A stretch of 59,147 nucleotides of DNA from Pelagibacteraceae bacterium (lineage in GTDB: Bacteria > Pseudomonadota > Alphaproteobacteria > Pelagibacterales > Pelagibacteraceae): positions 1 through 59,147 of the forward strand of contig JAGFVZ010000001.1 in the NCBI GenBank assembly GCA_017640265.1, read 5' to 3'. Below the pieces are notes generated by a model. The model did not search any database and was not told the origin of the DNA. It saw nothing but the letters and a program-made list of their open reading frames with translations. This document shows positions 10,776-20,490 of the stretch, piece after piece; positions within the stretch are counted from its first letter, which is position 1, and every line of letters starts with the position of its first letter. A program made the translations under genes and the position numbers.

Positions 10776-11871
10776 TTATTTTTTTGCTCTGAAAATTGAT
10801 CCCTCAATAAACTTATCAATATTACCGTTTAGCACTTGGTCAGGATTTGTATTTTCAATATTATATCTTAGATCCTTTACAAGCCTGTAAGGTTGCAATA
10901 CATACGACCTTATTTGGTGTCCCCAGCCAATATCTGTTTTAGAATCGATTTCACTTTGATTTTTATCTTCCTTTTTTTGAAGTTCATGTTCGTAAAGTCT
11001 GGCTTTTAACATTTTGTAACACGTTTCTTTATTTTTATGTTGAGACCTTTCGTTTTGGCATTGAACCACAATTTTAGTTGGTAAGTGTGTAATCCTAACA
11101 GCGCTGTCAGTAGTATTAACATGCTGTCCTCCTGCACCGCTAGATCTATATGTATCAATTCTCAAATCTTTTTCATCAATAATTATATCGATATTATCGT
11201 CAACACAGGGGTAAACCCAAATACTTGCAAAGCTTGTGTGTCTTCTGGCACCTGAATCAAATGGCGAAATTCTTACCAACCTATGAACTCCGGACTCTCT
11301 TTTCATAAGCCCATAAAGGTTTTCACCAGTAACTTTAAGGGTAGAGGATTTTATCCCGGCCTCTTCACCTCTATGTTCGCTAATCATTTGGTATTTGAAA
11401 TTTTTTTTATCAAACCATTTCAAATACATCCTTCTCAACATTTCTGCCCAATCTTGACCCTCTGTACCTCCAGCGCCAGCATGAATTTCGATATAAATAT
11501 CTAGGTTGTCGTTTTCACCAGACAAAAAACACTTAATCTCAAATTTTTTTATTTCTTGTAAAATATCAAATATTTTTTTTGAACAATCGTTGAGTGTGCC
11601 TGAATCATTTTCGTCTAGTGCTAATTTATTTAGATCTTTAAGATTATTTAATTCTTTTTCTGTATTAAGATAAAAGTTTAAAATATTCTCTAAAAAATTC
11701 TTTTCCTTTACTACTTTTTTCGATTGATTACCGTCTTTCCAAAAATCCTTTTTTAAAATTTCAGAATTTAGAAATAATATTCTATCCTTAACTTTATTAT
11801 CATCAAAGATACCCCCTTATATTTAAAAGAGAATTTTCTGATAGCTCAATATTTTTCTGAAAATTATTCAT
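10776..11871 (-). CDS. prfB: Peptide chain release factor 2, requires a programmed +1 frameshift: join(11871..11806, 11804..10776)
   Basis: Frame 0 gives MNNFQKNIELSENSLLNIRGYL then TGA. The +1 frame continues DDNKVKDRILFLNSEILKKDFW..HAGAGGTEGQDW..SGAGGQHVNTTDSAVR (GGQ motif). The total is about 364 aa. Confidence 0.95.
11803..11817 (-). promoter_or_regulatory. prfB autoregulatory +1 frameshift site (AGGGGG TAT CTT TGA)
   Basis: The minus strand reads AGGGGGTATCTTTGAT. This is an internal SD-like AGGGGG, 3 nt of spacing, then the CTT slippery codon followed by an in-frame TGA. Confidence 0.93.
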
Positions 11872-14216
11872 TAATAAAATCTTCTAAATTTTTTAAACTT
11901 ATCATAATTTTTTCCTAAACCTAAATTTTTTAAGTTTATTTCTTTTAAGCTATTTTCTTTAAAAGATTCGGATATCGCTTTGGCTTCGGAAAAACTAGTA
12001 ATTTCGCCCGTATCGTAATCAACAGGAAAAAAATAAATGTTTTCAGGAATCTTAAAAGGTTTCATATCTTCCTTGTATATAGCACTTTCAACAAATTTTT
12101 TAAATATTGGTAATGCAGTTTTTGAACCAGTTTCAAATTTACCAAGAGATTTTGGCGTATCATATCCTATATACACACCTATTGCTAAGTCAGATGTAAA
12201 ACCTATAAACCAGGCATCAAGATATTCATTTGTTGTTCCAGTTTTGCCTGCCAAGGGCACATTTAAATTTTTTAATTTTTTACCGGTGCCTCTTTTAATA
12301 ACACCCTCAAGCATTGATGTGATTTGATACGCTGTTTGTTCACTAATCACTTGCTTATATTTATCTAAAATTATTGGAAAAAAATCTTCATCGTCTTTGA
12401 TAACACTACATCCTTCACAAATTCTAGTTTCTGAATTATAAATTGTTTTCCCTCTTCTGTTTTGAATCCGATTGATTAAAATAGGTGTTATCTTTTTGCC
12501 TCCATTTGCAAATGTACAATAAGCATTTGTTAATTTTAAAAGAGTTGTTTCGTTAGATCCTAAAGACACTGATAAAAGTTCAGGAACATTTTCATAAACA
12601 CCTAAGTCTACTGATGTTTTAGAAATTTTATCAAAACCTAGCTTTTGTGCTATTCTCACTGTCATTAAATTTCTAGATTTCTCTATCCCTTTTCTTAAGG
12701 TAGAGGGTCCATAAAACTTTTTTCCATAGTTTTCCGGTTTCCAATCTTTTAATCCCACTCCCTGTTCGCTTACAAAAGGCGCATCTAGAATTAGAGAATT
12801 TGGTAAAAAACCATTTTCTAAAGCAGAAGCATAAACAATTGGTTTAAAAGCAGATCCGGGCTGTCTTTTTGCTTGGGTAACTCGATTAAATTCACTAGAC
12901 TTAAAACTATAACCTCCAACTAAAGCTTTTACCTTACCATTATGGGGATCCATTACTACTATACCGCCATTAACTAATGGCAATTGTTTAAGTGTCCAAA
13001 TGTTACTCTTGGTCTTTTTAACAAATATTAAATCCCCAATTTCAAATAAGTCGATGAAATCTTTTTTTCTTGTCCATTCTAAATTTTCAAAAGGCATTTT
13101 GGCTATTTTGTTTGTGTCAATAAATTTAATTTCAGATATATAATTATCAACTTTAAGGATTTGAACAATTTCCCAATTTAATGTTTCGTCAATTTTAATA
13201 TCGTTTATTACATTTTTCCAATTTTTGTCTTTAAAAATATTAGAAATTGGTCCTCTCCATCCGTGACGCTTGTCATATTTTTCTATACCAAATCTTAAAG
13301 AATTAAGTGCTGCTATTTGATATTTTCCGTCCAAAGGAGTACTGATTGATAAGCCTTCTGAGTAAAGCTTTTCAAAACCATAATCTGTTTTAACAATTCT
13401 TCTTACTTCTTCTGTATATGATTTTGCCTCCTTTATAAGAAAAACTTTTCTTTTTTTTAAATTTATCTTTTGTTTTAAAAATTTTTGAAGCTCATCATTA
13501 GAAATATATCCATTGTCGTTTAAATTTTTTAAAACCATATTTCTTCTAACTGTTGCTTTTTCAATTGAATTGTAAGGATTATATTTACTCGGCGCTTTAG
13601 GAAGAGCGGCTAAAAGAGCCGCTTCATTATAATTAAGTTCTTTGACCGACTTATTAAAGTATTCTAAACTTGCCGATGCAACTCCATATGTGCCTTTACC
13701 AAGATAAATTTCATTAAGATAAAGTTCTAAAATTCTTTTTTTGGAATATGCTTTTTCTATTCTAAAAGCTAATATGGCTTCTTTAATTTTTCTTTTTAAA
13801 GAAACTTCATTTGTTAGAAGAAAATTTTTTGCTACTTGTTGTGTTATAGTTGAGGCTCCCTCTAATCTTTTATTTGAAAGTATATTATCGATATTTTTTA
13901 TAACAGCCCTAGTTACACCTTTTGCATCAATGCCTGGATGGTCAAAAAAATTTTTATCTTCTGCTGATAGGAAAGAATTAATTACCTTGTCTGGAATAGA
14001 ATTGAATGGAATAAACAGTCTTTTTTCTATTGCAAACTCTCCTATTAATTCCCCACTTTCAGCATATACTCTACTTAAAACCGACGGTTCATAGTTTGAC
14101 AATTTTTTATAGTCGGGAAGACCGTATGAAAAATACCAAAAGGCTGAAAAAATTAAAAAATACTAAAAAGAAATATCGAAATACACACTTGATTGCATAA
14201 TTAAAAATTTTTTCAT
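11871..14216 (-). CDS. mrcA: Penicillin-binding protein 1A (bifunctional transglycosylase/transpeptidase), with an in-frame TAG at 14163-14165 as sequenced
   Basis: The 743-aa ORF carries the GT51 motifs EDKNFFDHPGID and RKIKE, and the transpeptidase motifs SAFKP and KTGTT. The N-terminal membrane anchor MKKFLIMQSSVYFDISF*YFLIFSAFWYFSYGLPDYKKL is in the same frame but contains TAG. Confidence 0.88.
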
Positions 14217-14376
14217 GACCATCTTCTCTAGATAAATGCCCAATTTTGGCTATCTTAAGGCAATATTAAATCTATAAAATTGTCATTTTAAAAAAAAAAA
14301 TGTATAGTGGTGAAAATGACTTTAAATTTAAAAAATATTTTATCAAGATCAATTTTATCAACAGGTTTTATTTACC

Positions 14377-16169
14377 ATGGAAAAGAATTTATATATTGAT
14401 GCTTCGCATCCAGATGAAACTAGAATCGTACTTAAATCAAAATCAAATATTGAAGAATACGAATCTGAGAATACAAACAGCTTAAATATAAAAAGCAACA
14501 TCTATTTAGGTAAAGTAAGTAGAGTTGAGCCATCTCTCCAGGCTGCTTTTATAAATTACGGTAGGGAAAGACATGGTTTTTAGCATTTAATGACGTTCAA
14601 TCTGATTATTATCAAATTCCAACTGAAGACAAAAAAGAATTACAAAGACAGAGGAAAAAATTAGAGAAGATTTAAAAGAAAAGACTGAAGATAATGAAAT
14701 AAAAACTCCAGAAAATTAAAAGATGACCAAGCGCAAATAACAATGTAAACGAAAGCATTGGTGAAGACAAAGATTCAAATACTAATCGATCAGAAGAAAT
14801 TAGAGAAAAATTAAAAAATAGATATGGTGTAAGAAAATACAGAATTCAGGAAGTAATTAAACCTGGTCAAGTTATCTTGGTTCAGGTAATAAAAGAAGAA
14901 AGAGGTCAAAAGGGAGCTGCTCTCACTACATTTATATCCTTAGCTGGAAAATATATTGTTTTGATGCCAAATACTGCAAAAGGAGGCGGGATATCAAGAA
15001 AAATTTTTAACTATGAAGATAGAAATAAAATCAGAAAAATACTCAAAGACATAGAGATTCCTGGAAATATGGGTCTGATAGTAAGAACGGCAGGATCAAG
15101 AAAAACCAAAAATGAAATAAATAATGACCTACAAAATACAATTGCTGTTTGGGAAGAAATTAAAAATAATACGATAAATTCAACTGCACCAATTCTGATT
15201 CATGAAGAGGGTGACGTTATTAAGAGAGCTCTTAGAGATATATACGACAACGATACAAAATATGTCCACGTAGAAGGTAATGAAGGTTATAAAAAAGCAA
15301 AATTTTTTATGAATCAGTTTATGCCAAGAAACACAAAATATATTAAAAAATATAGAGGTAAGATTCCTCTGTTTCATAAGGAGGGTATTGAAAAAGATTT
15401 AAATAAAATTTTTGAACCGGTGGTAAAGTTAAAATCTGGTGGTTATTTAGTAATAAACCCAACTGAAGCTTTAGTGGCCATTGATATAAACTCTGGACAA
15501 TCTATAAAGCAGATAAATATTGAAAAAACTGCACTAAATACAAATCTCGAAGCAGCTGAAGAGATTGCAAGACAGATTAAAATTAGAGATTTGTCTGGAC
15601 TAATTGTCATAGACTTTATTGATATGATGAATTTTTATAACAAAAGAATAGTTGAGAGAAAAATAAGAGAAAAACTTAAATTAGATAGGGCCAGAATTCA
15701 AATTGGTCGAATTAGTAATTTTGGACTTTTAGAAATGACTCGTCAAAGACTTAAGGAAAGTTCTATAAAGTGGGAAATAAATTTATCTCTAGAATCTTTC
15801 GCTCAAAAAATTTTAAAAAAAATTGAAGCATTGGCATTCTCAAACAAAACAAAAATAGTCTCTGCGTTTATTCCGAATAAAGTTACTTCTTTTTTAAATC
15901 TTTATTTTAGAAAAGAGATAATTTTTTTCGAAAAAAAACATAAACTTAAAATAAACATAATTCCTGATAATGATTTAATTATCCCGGAATATAAAATACA
16001 TCTGCTCAATAGAAACAAAAAAATAATAAAAAAAATAGAAAATTTTAAAACAATTATAGCAAAAAATAATAATATTATAGATATAGATAAAAGTAAAAAA
16101 AATAAAAAAAAAATCAGTGAAGGCTTGGGTAAAATCTTATGGACAAAAAGAAAAGCTAGATCAAATTAA
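14377..16169 (+). CDS. rne: Ribonuclease E/G family endoribonuclease, frame interrupted several times between about 14580 and 14760 as sequenced
   Basis: The N-terminal fragment reads [46 protein letters not shown] and stops at 14581. The catalytic part reads [65 protein letters not shown] in the 14877..16169 ORF. Confidence 0.9.
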
Positions 16170-16934
16170 TCCTTCGTTGGGACTGCTGGCTAAACCGAAT
16201 TTTTGCAGTCCAATTCTTCCTGCTAAATAAGACTTTCTTCCAGCTAACACGGCATGCTTCATTGAAGTTGCCATCATAATTGGATCTTTGGCTTTAGCGA
16301 TTGCTGTATTGATTAATACCCCGTCACACCCAAGTTCCATAGCGATCGTTGCATCGGAAGCCGTTCCTATACCTGCGTCAACAATAACAGGAACTTTTGC
16401 ATTACTAACAATAATTGATAAATTTAGTTTATTTTTAATTCCTCTACCCGAACCTATTGGAGATGCCAAAGGCATGATTGCTGATGCACCTAGATCTTCC
16501 AATTTTTTTGCAATTATAGGATCATCTGAAGAATAAACCATTACCTCAAAACCTTCTCTAACAAGTACCTCTGTTGATTTCAAAGTTTCAATCATATTTG
16601 GATACAAAGTTTTTTTGTCACCAAGAACTTCTAATTTTACGAGTTTCCAACCTCCCATTTCTCTTGCCAGTCTTAAAGTTCTAAGAGCGTCTTTTGATGT
16701 AAAGCATCCTGCGGTATTTGGTAAATAAATAATTTTTTTCGGATCTAAGTAATCCATTAAAATAGGTTTTTTTTTATCTAGAATATTAACTCTTCTTACC
16801 GCAACGGTAACCATGTCTGCTCCTGAAGCTTTAACAGCATCTGCGGTTTGTTTAAAATTCTTATACTTGCCTGTTCCCACAATTAAACGGGATTTAATAA
16901 TACGTTTTCCTATTTTGAAATCATCTTTTTTCAT
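16161..16934 (-). CDS. thiG: Thiazole synthase
   Basis: 257-aa ORF with strong ThiG-like sequence (LIVGTGKY.., [19 protein letters not shown]). It lies immediately downstream of thiS. Confidence 0.93.
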   Translation of the reverse strand: MKKDDFKIGKRIIKSRLIVGTGKYKNFKQTADAVKASGADMVTVAVRRVNILDKKKPILMDYLDPKKIIYLPNTAGCFTSKDALRTLRLAREMGGWKLVKLEVLGDKKTLYPNMIETLKSTEVLVREGFEVMVYSSDDPIIAKKLEDLGASAIMPLASPIGSGRGIKNKLNLSIIVSNAKVPVIVDAGIGTASDATIAMELGCDGVLINTAIAKAKDPIMMATSMKHAVLAGRKSYLAGRIGLQKFGLASSPNEGLI

Positions 16935-17138
16935 TTACCCGCCACCAATAAATTGAACAATTTCAATTTTATCATTGTTTTTGACCTTTTTATTTTTGTA
17001 ATGATCCTTAGGTAAAATTGTACCATTAAGTTCGATTGCTATTTTATTCTCCTTTAGTCTATATTTTTTTATAAGATCTTTAATGCTTAAATTTCTTTGA
17101 ATTTTTACTTTTTTTCCATTTAATTGTATTTTTGCCAT
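16935..17138 (-). CDS. thiS: Sulfur-carrier protein ThiS
   Basis: 67-aa ubiquitin-like ORF ending in ..FIGGG. It abuts thiG with no spacer. Confidence 0.85.
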   Translation of the reverse strand: MAKIQLNGKKVKIQRNLSIKDLIKKYRLKENKIAIELNGTILPKDHYKNKKVKNNDKIEIVQFIGGG

Positions 17139-17171
17139 AATTGAGATATTTTAAAATTTTACTATATCAAA

Positions 17172-17618
17172 ATGAATCAAAAAATTCTTGTTATTAATGG
17201 ACCAAATCTGAACTTGCTTGGAACAAGAGAAAAAGAAAAGTACGGAAAATCTTCACTTGAAGATATAAAAAACAAATGTGAATCGTATTCTAAAAAGATT
17301 GGTTTAGAAGTCGAGTTTAGACAGTCAAATGTTGAAGGTGAAATAGTAAATTTTATCCAAGATAGTAGTAAAAACTATGAGGGCATTATCATTAATGCTG
17401 GTGGATACTCCCACACATCTGTAGCAATACTTGATGCGTTACTTGCGGTTAAAAAACCAACTATTGAGTTACATATAACAAATATTTACAAAAGAGAGGA
17501 TTTCAGGCATAAATCACTAATTAGCAAAGCTGCTGATGGAATAATTTGTGGTTTGGGTGTTGACGGATATGTTATGGCGCTCGACGGAATTAAGAAGATC
17601 ATAGATAATGAAAATTGA
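17172..17618 (+). CDS. aroQ: 3-dehydroquinate dehydratase, type II
   Basis: 148-aa ORF. Motifs are ILVINGPNLNLLGTRE and IINAGGYSHTSVAILDAL. Confidence 0.93.
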   Translation: MNQKILVINGPNLNLLGTREKEKYGKSSLEDIKNKCESYSKKIGLEVEFRQSNVEGEIVNFIQDSSKNYEGIIINAGGYSHTSVAILDALLAVKKPTIELHITNIYKREDFRHKSLISKAADGIICGLGVDGYVMALDGIKKIIDNEN

Positions 17619-18015
17619 TAAAAAATTAATAAAAGAACTTAAGGATTATTTAGAAGAATTTGATTTATCAGAGATTGAATATCAAGACGGTGATAGAAAA
17701 ATAAAAGTAGCCAGAAATAAAATTGCTGACAGTAGTCTAACCGCTCATAAACCAAGCTTAACTTCAGTTAAAGAGGAACCTGGAACAAAAATTACCTCTC
17801 CAATTATTGGTACTGCGTATTTATCGCCTGAGCCGGGTGCAAAAAAATTTGTTGAAGTTGGAAATCAGATAAAAAAAGGCCAAACCGTAATAATTGTGGA
17901 GGCGATGAAAACAATGAATCATGTACCTTCAACCGCTGATGGTGTTGTTAAAAAAATTTTGGTACAAGATGGTCAAGCGGTAGAATTTGGACAAACTTTG
18001 CTTATCCTTAAATAA
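17608..18015 (+). CDS. accB: Acetyl-CoA carboxylase biotin carboxyl carrier protein
   Basis: Biotinyl-lysine motif VEAMKTMNHV. The aroQ-accB-accC order is conserved. Confidence 0.92.
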   Translation: MKIDKKLIKELKDYLEEFDLSEIEYQDGDRKIKVARNKIADSSLTAHKPSLTSVKEEPGTKITSPIIGTAYLSPEPGAKKFVEVGNQIKKGQTVIIVEAMKTMNHVPSTADGVVKKILVQDGQAVEFGQTLLILK

Positions 18016-18018
18016 TCA

Positions 18019-19356
18019 ATGTTCAAAAAAGTTTTAATTGCAAGTCGAGGGGAAATTGCCGTTAGAATAATAAGAGCCTGTAAAGAATGGGGTATTGCAA
18101 CTGTTGCAGTACATTCAGATGTTGATTACGATTCAATGCATGTTCGTTTAGCTGATGAAAGCGTTTGTATAGGATCTCACCAACCGCAAAATAGTTATTT
18201 AAATATTCCTGCAATAATGTCGGCTGTCGATGTTACTGGTGCAGAAGCAATTCATCCCGGTTATGGTTTTTTATCTGAAAACCACAAATTTGTAGAAATT
18301 GTTGAAAAGCATGGAATTAAATTTATTGGTCCCAAAGCAGAAATTATAAAAAAAATGGGGAACAAACTTGAAGCAAGGAAAATCGCTAAACAAAATGGTT
18401 TGCCAATAATAGAAGGCTCAGAGGGTGCGGTTAAAAATATAAGCGATGCAAAATCTATTTGCAAAAAAATCGGTTATCCTGTTTTGATTAAAGCTTCAGG
18501 TGGAGGTGGAGGTAAAGGAATGAAAGTTGTTGAGAGAGAAGAAAAATTAGAAGAATTATTTTCATTGGCACGTTTAGAAGCAAGAAAATATTTTGGAAAT
18601 GATGAGGTCTATATTGAAAAATATTTCAAGAACCCAAGACATATTGAGGTGCAAATTTTATCTGGAAAAAATAGAATCGTTCATCTTTATGAAAGAGACT
18701 GTAGTGTTCAAAGAAACCATCAAAAATTAATAGAAGAATCTCCAAGTCCAGTATTGGATGAAAAAACGAGATCAGATTTGCTTAATAAAACTGTAAAGAT
18801 GGTTGAGCCATTAGGATACGAAGGCTCCGGAACAGTTGAATATATCTATGAATCTGGAAAATTCTATTTTTTAGAAATGAACACAAGAGTACAAGTTGAA
18901 CACCCTGTGACTGAAGTTGCCACAGGAATAGATATTGTTAAAGAACAAATATGGATTGCATACTCTGGTGACACCGCTCTAACTCAAGAAGATATCGAAC
19001 CAAGAGGACATGCTATTGAATGTAGAATAAATGCTGAAGATCCATCTAAAAATTTCCAACCTAGCCCAGGAATAATTTCGGTATGTCACCAACCTTCGGG
19101 TTTTAGAACTAGAGTGGATGGAGCTATTTTTCAGGGGTGCAAAATCACACCTTATTATGACAGTTTAATTTGCAAATTAATTTGCCATGGAAGAAATAGA
19201 ACAGAGGCTATACAAAGAACTTTGAGATCTTTAGATGAGTTTGTAATAGAAGGAGTCACAACTACCATTGAATTGCACAAAAAAATACTTTCTCATGAAA
19301 AGTTCATTTCGTCAGAATTCAATACAAATTGGCTAGATAAAGAAAAATTTTATTAG
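18019..19356 (+). CDS. accC: Acetyl-CoA carboxylase biotin carboxylase subunit
   Basis: 445-aa ATP-grasp protein. Motifs are GGGGKGM, EMNTRVQVEHPVTE and IECRINAEDP. Confidence 0.95.
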   Translation: MFKKVLIASRGEIAVRIIRACKEWGIATVAVHSDVDYDSMHVRLADESVCIGSHQPQNSYLNIPAIMSAVDVTGAEAIHPGYGFLSENHKFVEIVEKHGIKFIGPKAEIIKKMGNKLEARKIAKQNGLPIIEGSEGAVKNISDAKSICKKIGYPVLIKASGGGGGKGMKVVEREEKLEELFSLARLEARKYFGNDEVYIEKYFKNPRHIEVQILSGKNRIVHLYERDCSVQRNHQKLIEESPSPVLDEKTRSDLLNKTVKMVEPLGYEGSGTVEYIYESGKFYFLEMNTRVQVEHPVTEVATGIDIVKEQIWIAYSGDTALTQEDIEPRGHAIECRINAEDPSKNFQPSPGIISVCHQPSGFRTRVDGAIFQGCKITPYYDSLICKLICHGRNRTEAIQRTLRSLDEFVIEGVTTTIELHKKILSHEKFISSEFNTNWLDKEKFY

Positions 19357-19408
19357 GCCAATTATTTAAATTGATAATAAATATTTTAAGTGATATGAAA
19401 ACTTAATT

Positions 19409-19492
19409 ATGGGATACCCAAAAAAGCATCGAGGAAGAAGAAAAATCGGCTCAAAAAAAAGAAGGGCTAGAAAAAGAAATAAGAAGAAATAA
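19409..19492 (+). CDS. Candidate 27-aa extremely basic micro-protein (hypothetical)
   Basis: The ATG-to-TAA ORF reads MGYPKKHRGRRKIGSKKRRARKRNKKK, with 18 of 27 residues K/R/H. It lies in the accC-downstream spacer and is below the ORF-track cutoff. No homology check was possible. Confidence 0.3.
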   Translation: MGYPKKHRGRRKIGSKKRRARKRNKKK

Positions 19493-19503
19493 TCTAATTT
19501 AAA

Positions 19504-20205
19504 ATGGAGCTAAGGACTCAGATTAAAAAATTGAGTTTGTGGATATTTCTTATTCCTTTTATTTCTATAAATTTATGTTTATTCATCTCTGTTAATTTTC
19601 ACATTTTCGAAAACACATTTTTAAGCGTTGATCAGATTGGTCGTTCGGCTTTTACGTTACCTTATATCGATGGCGGAGTTTCCATAAGTAGAGTTTCTAG
19701 AACATATCCTGCATATTTGATATTTAAACCAGTCATGATTGTTACTTCGGTTTTACTTATTGTTTATTGGACAAAAACAAATAAAATTGTAAATCTTTAC
19801 CTAAATAAAGAGAATGAAAATAATATTTTTAAAACTTTTGGAATACTGTCTGCAGTATTTCTCATAATGCACACTATATTTTTAGGTATAAAATTTGATT
19901 ATGATCTGTATAAATTTTTTAGAAGATTTATTTTATTAGCTTTTATTATTTTTGAAGTTGTTGCCCAATCTATCTTGGTTTACAGACTCTTCAAACTAAA
20001 AAAAATAATATATCGAGATATTAATGGTCACGTTTTAATACTTAAAATAATTTTAGTTAGTATCTTAACAATGGTCGCTATTGTAAGTGTGCCTATAATA
20101 ACAACAACTGGCAACGTGCATTTTAAACATGTGCTTGAATGGAATTACTTTGTTGGAGTGCTGACCTTCTACGTGCTAACTTTTCTCTTTTGGAAAAAAA
20201 ACTAA
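19504..20205 (+). CDS. Hypothetical multi-pass integral membrane protein
   Basis: 233-aa ORF with about 6 hydrophobic segments. I could not assign a confident family. Confidence 0.6.
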   Translation: MELRTQIKKLSLWIFLIPFISINLCLFISVNFHIFENTFLSVDQIGRSAFTLPYIDGGVSISRVSRTYPAYLIFKPVMIVTSVLLIVYWTKTNKIVNLYLNKENENNIFKTFGILSAVFLIMHTIFLGIKFDYDLYKFFRRFILLAFIIFEVVAQSILVYRLFKLKKIIYRDINGHVLILKIILVSILTMVAIVSVPIITTTGNVHFKHVLEWNYFVGVLTFYVLTFLFWKKN

Positions 20206-20269
20206 AACCCTTGCCTACATCGACCTTTGATTTTTTTGCCATTATTAAGTGAGTTTAGAAAGATATAAA

Positions 20270-20490
20270 AGTTGAATGGGTGGCCTTAAAAAAACCAAAG
20301 ATTCAGTCACTTTCGTGACCGAACCTTCAAGTTTGAGACGCTGTTGAAGTACTACCTTCGTCTCAGCCACGAGGAATGTTTAGTACTGCTGTCCCTCGTT
20401 TTCTGCCCGTTGAGCTTAAACCTCTCGGCCTTTCCTCAACTGGCCAGTTAAGAGTTGCCTCTCAATTAGTATCCATTAAATCATACGGGA
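20270..20490 (-). ncRNA. Unclassified structured RNA in a GC-rich, ORF-free island between convergent genes; strand inferred from a GNRA loop
   Basis: About 47% G+C by hand count over 20271-20460. Elements present: hairpin GUCAC-GAAA-GUGAC (20306-20319, minus-strand reading), interleaved helices 20325-30/20344-49 and 20334-40/20359-65 (pseudoknot), hairpin 20369-74/20394-99, and an interrupted 11-bp stem 20403-14/20435-47. Confidence 0.55.

Noticed and set aside
14300-14485. A 61-aa ORF overlapping the rne start region.
   Set aside because: It is out of frame with the well-supported rne N-terminus ([18 protein letters not shown].. from 14377) and is low-complexity. It is most likely a by-product of the AT-rich leader.
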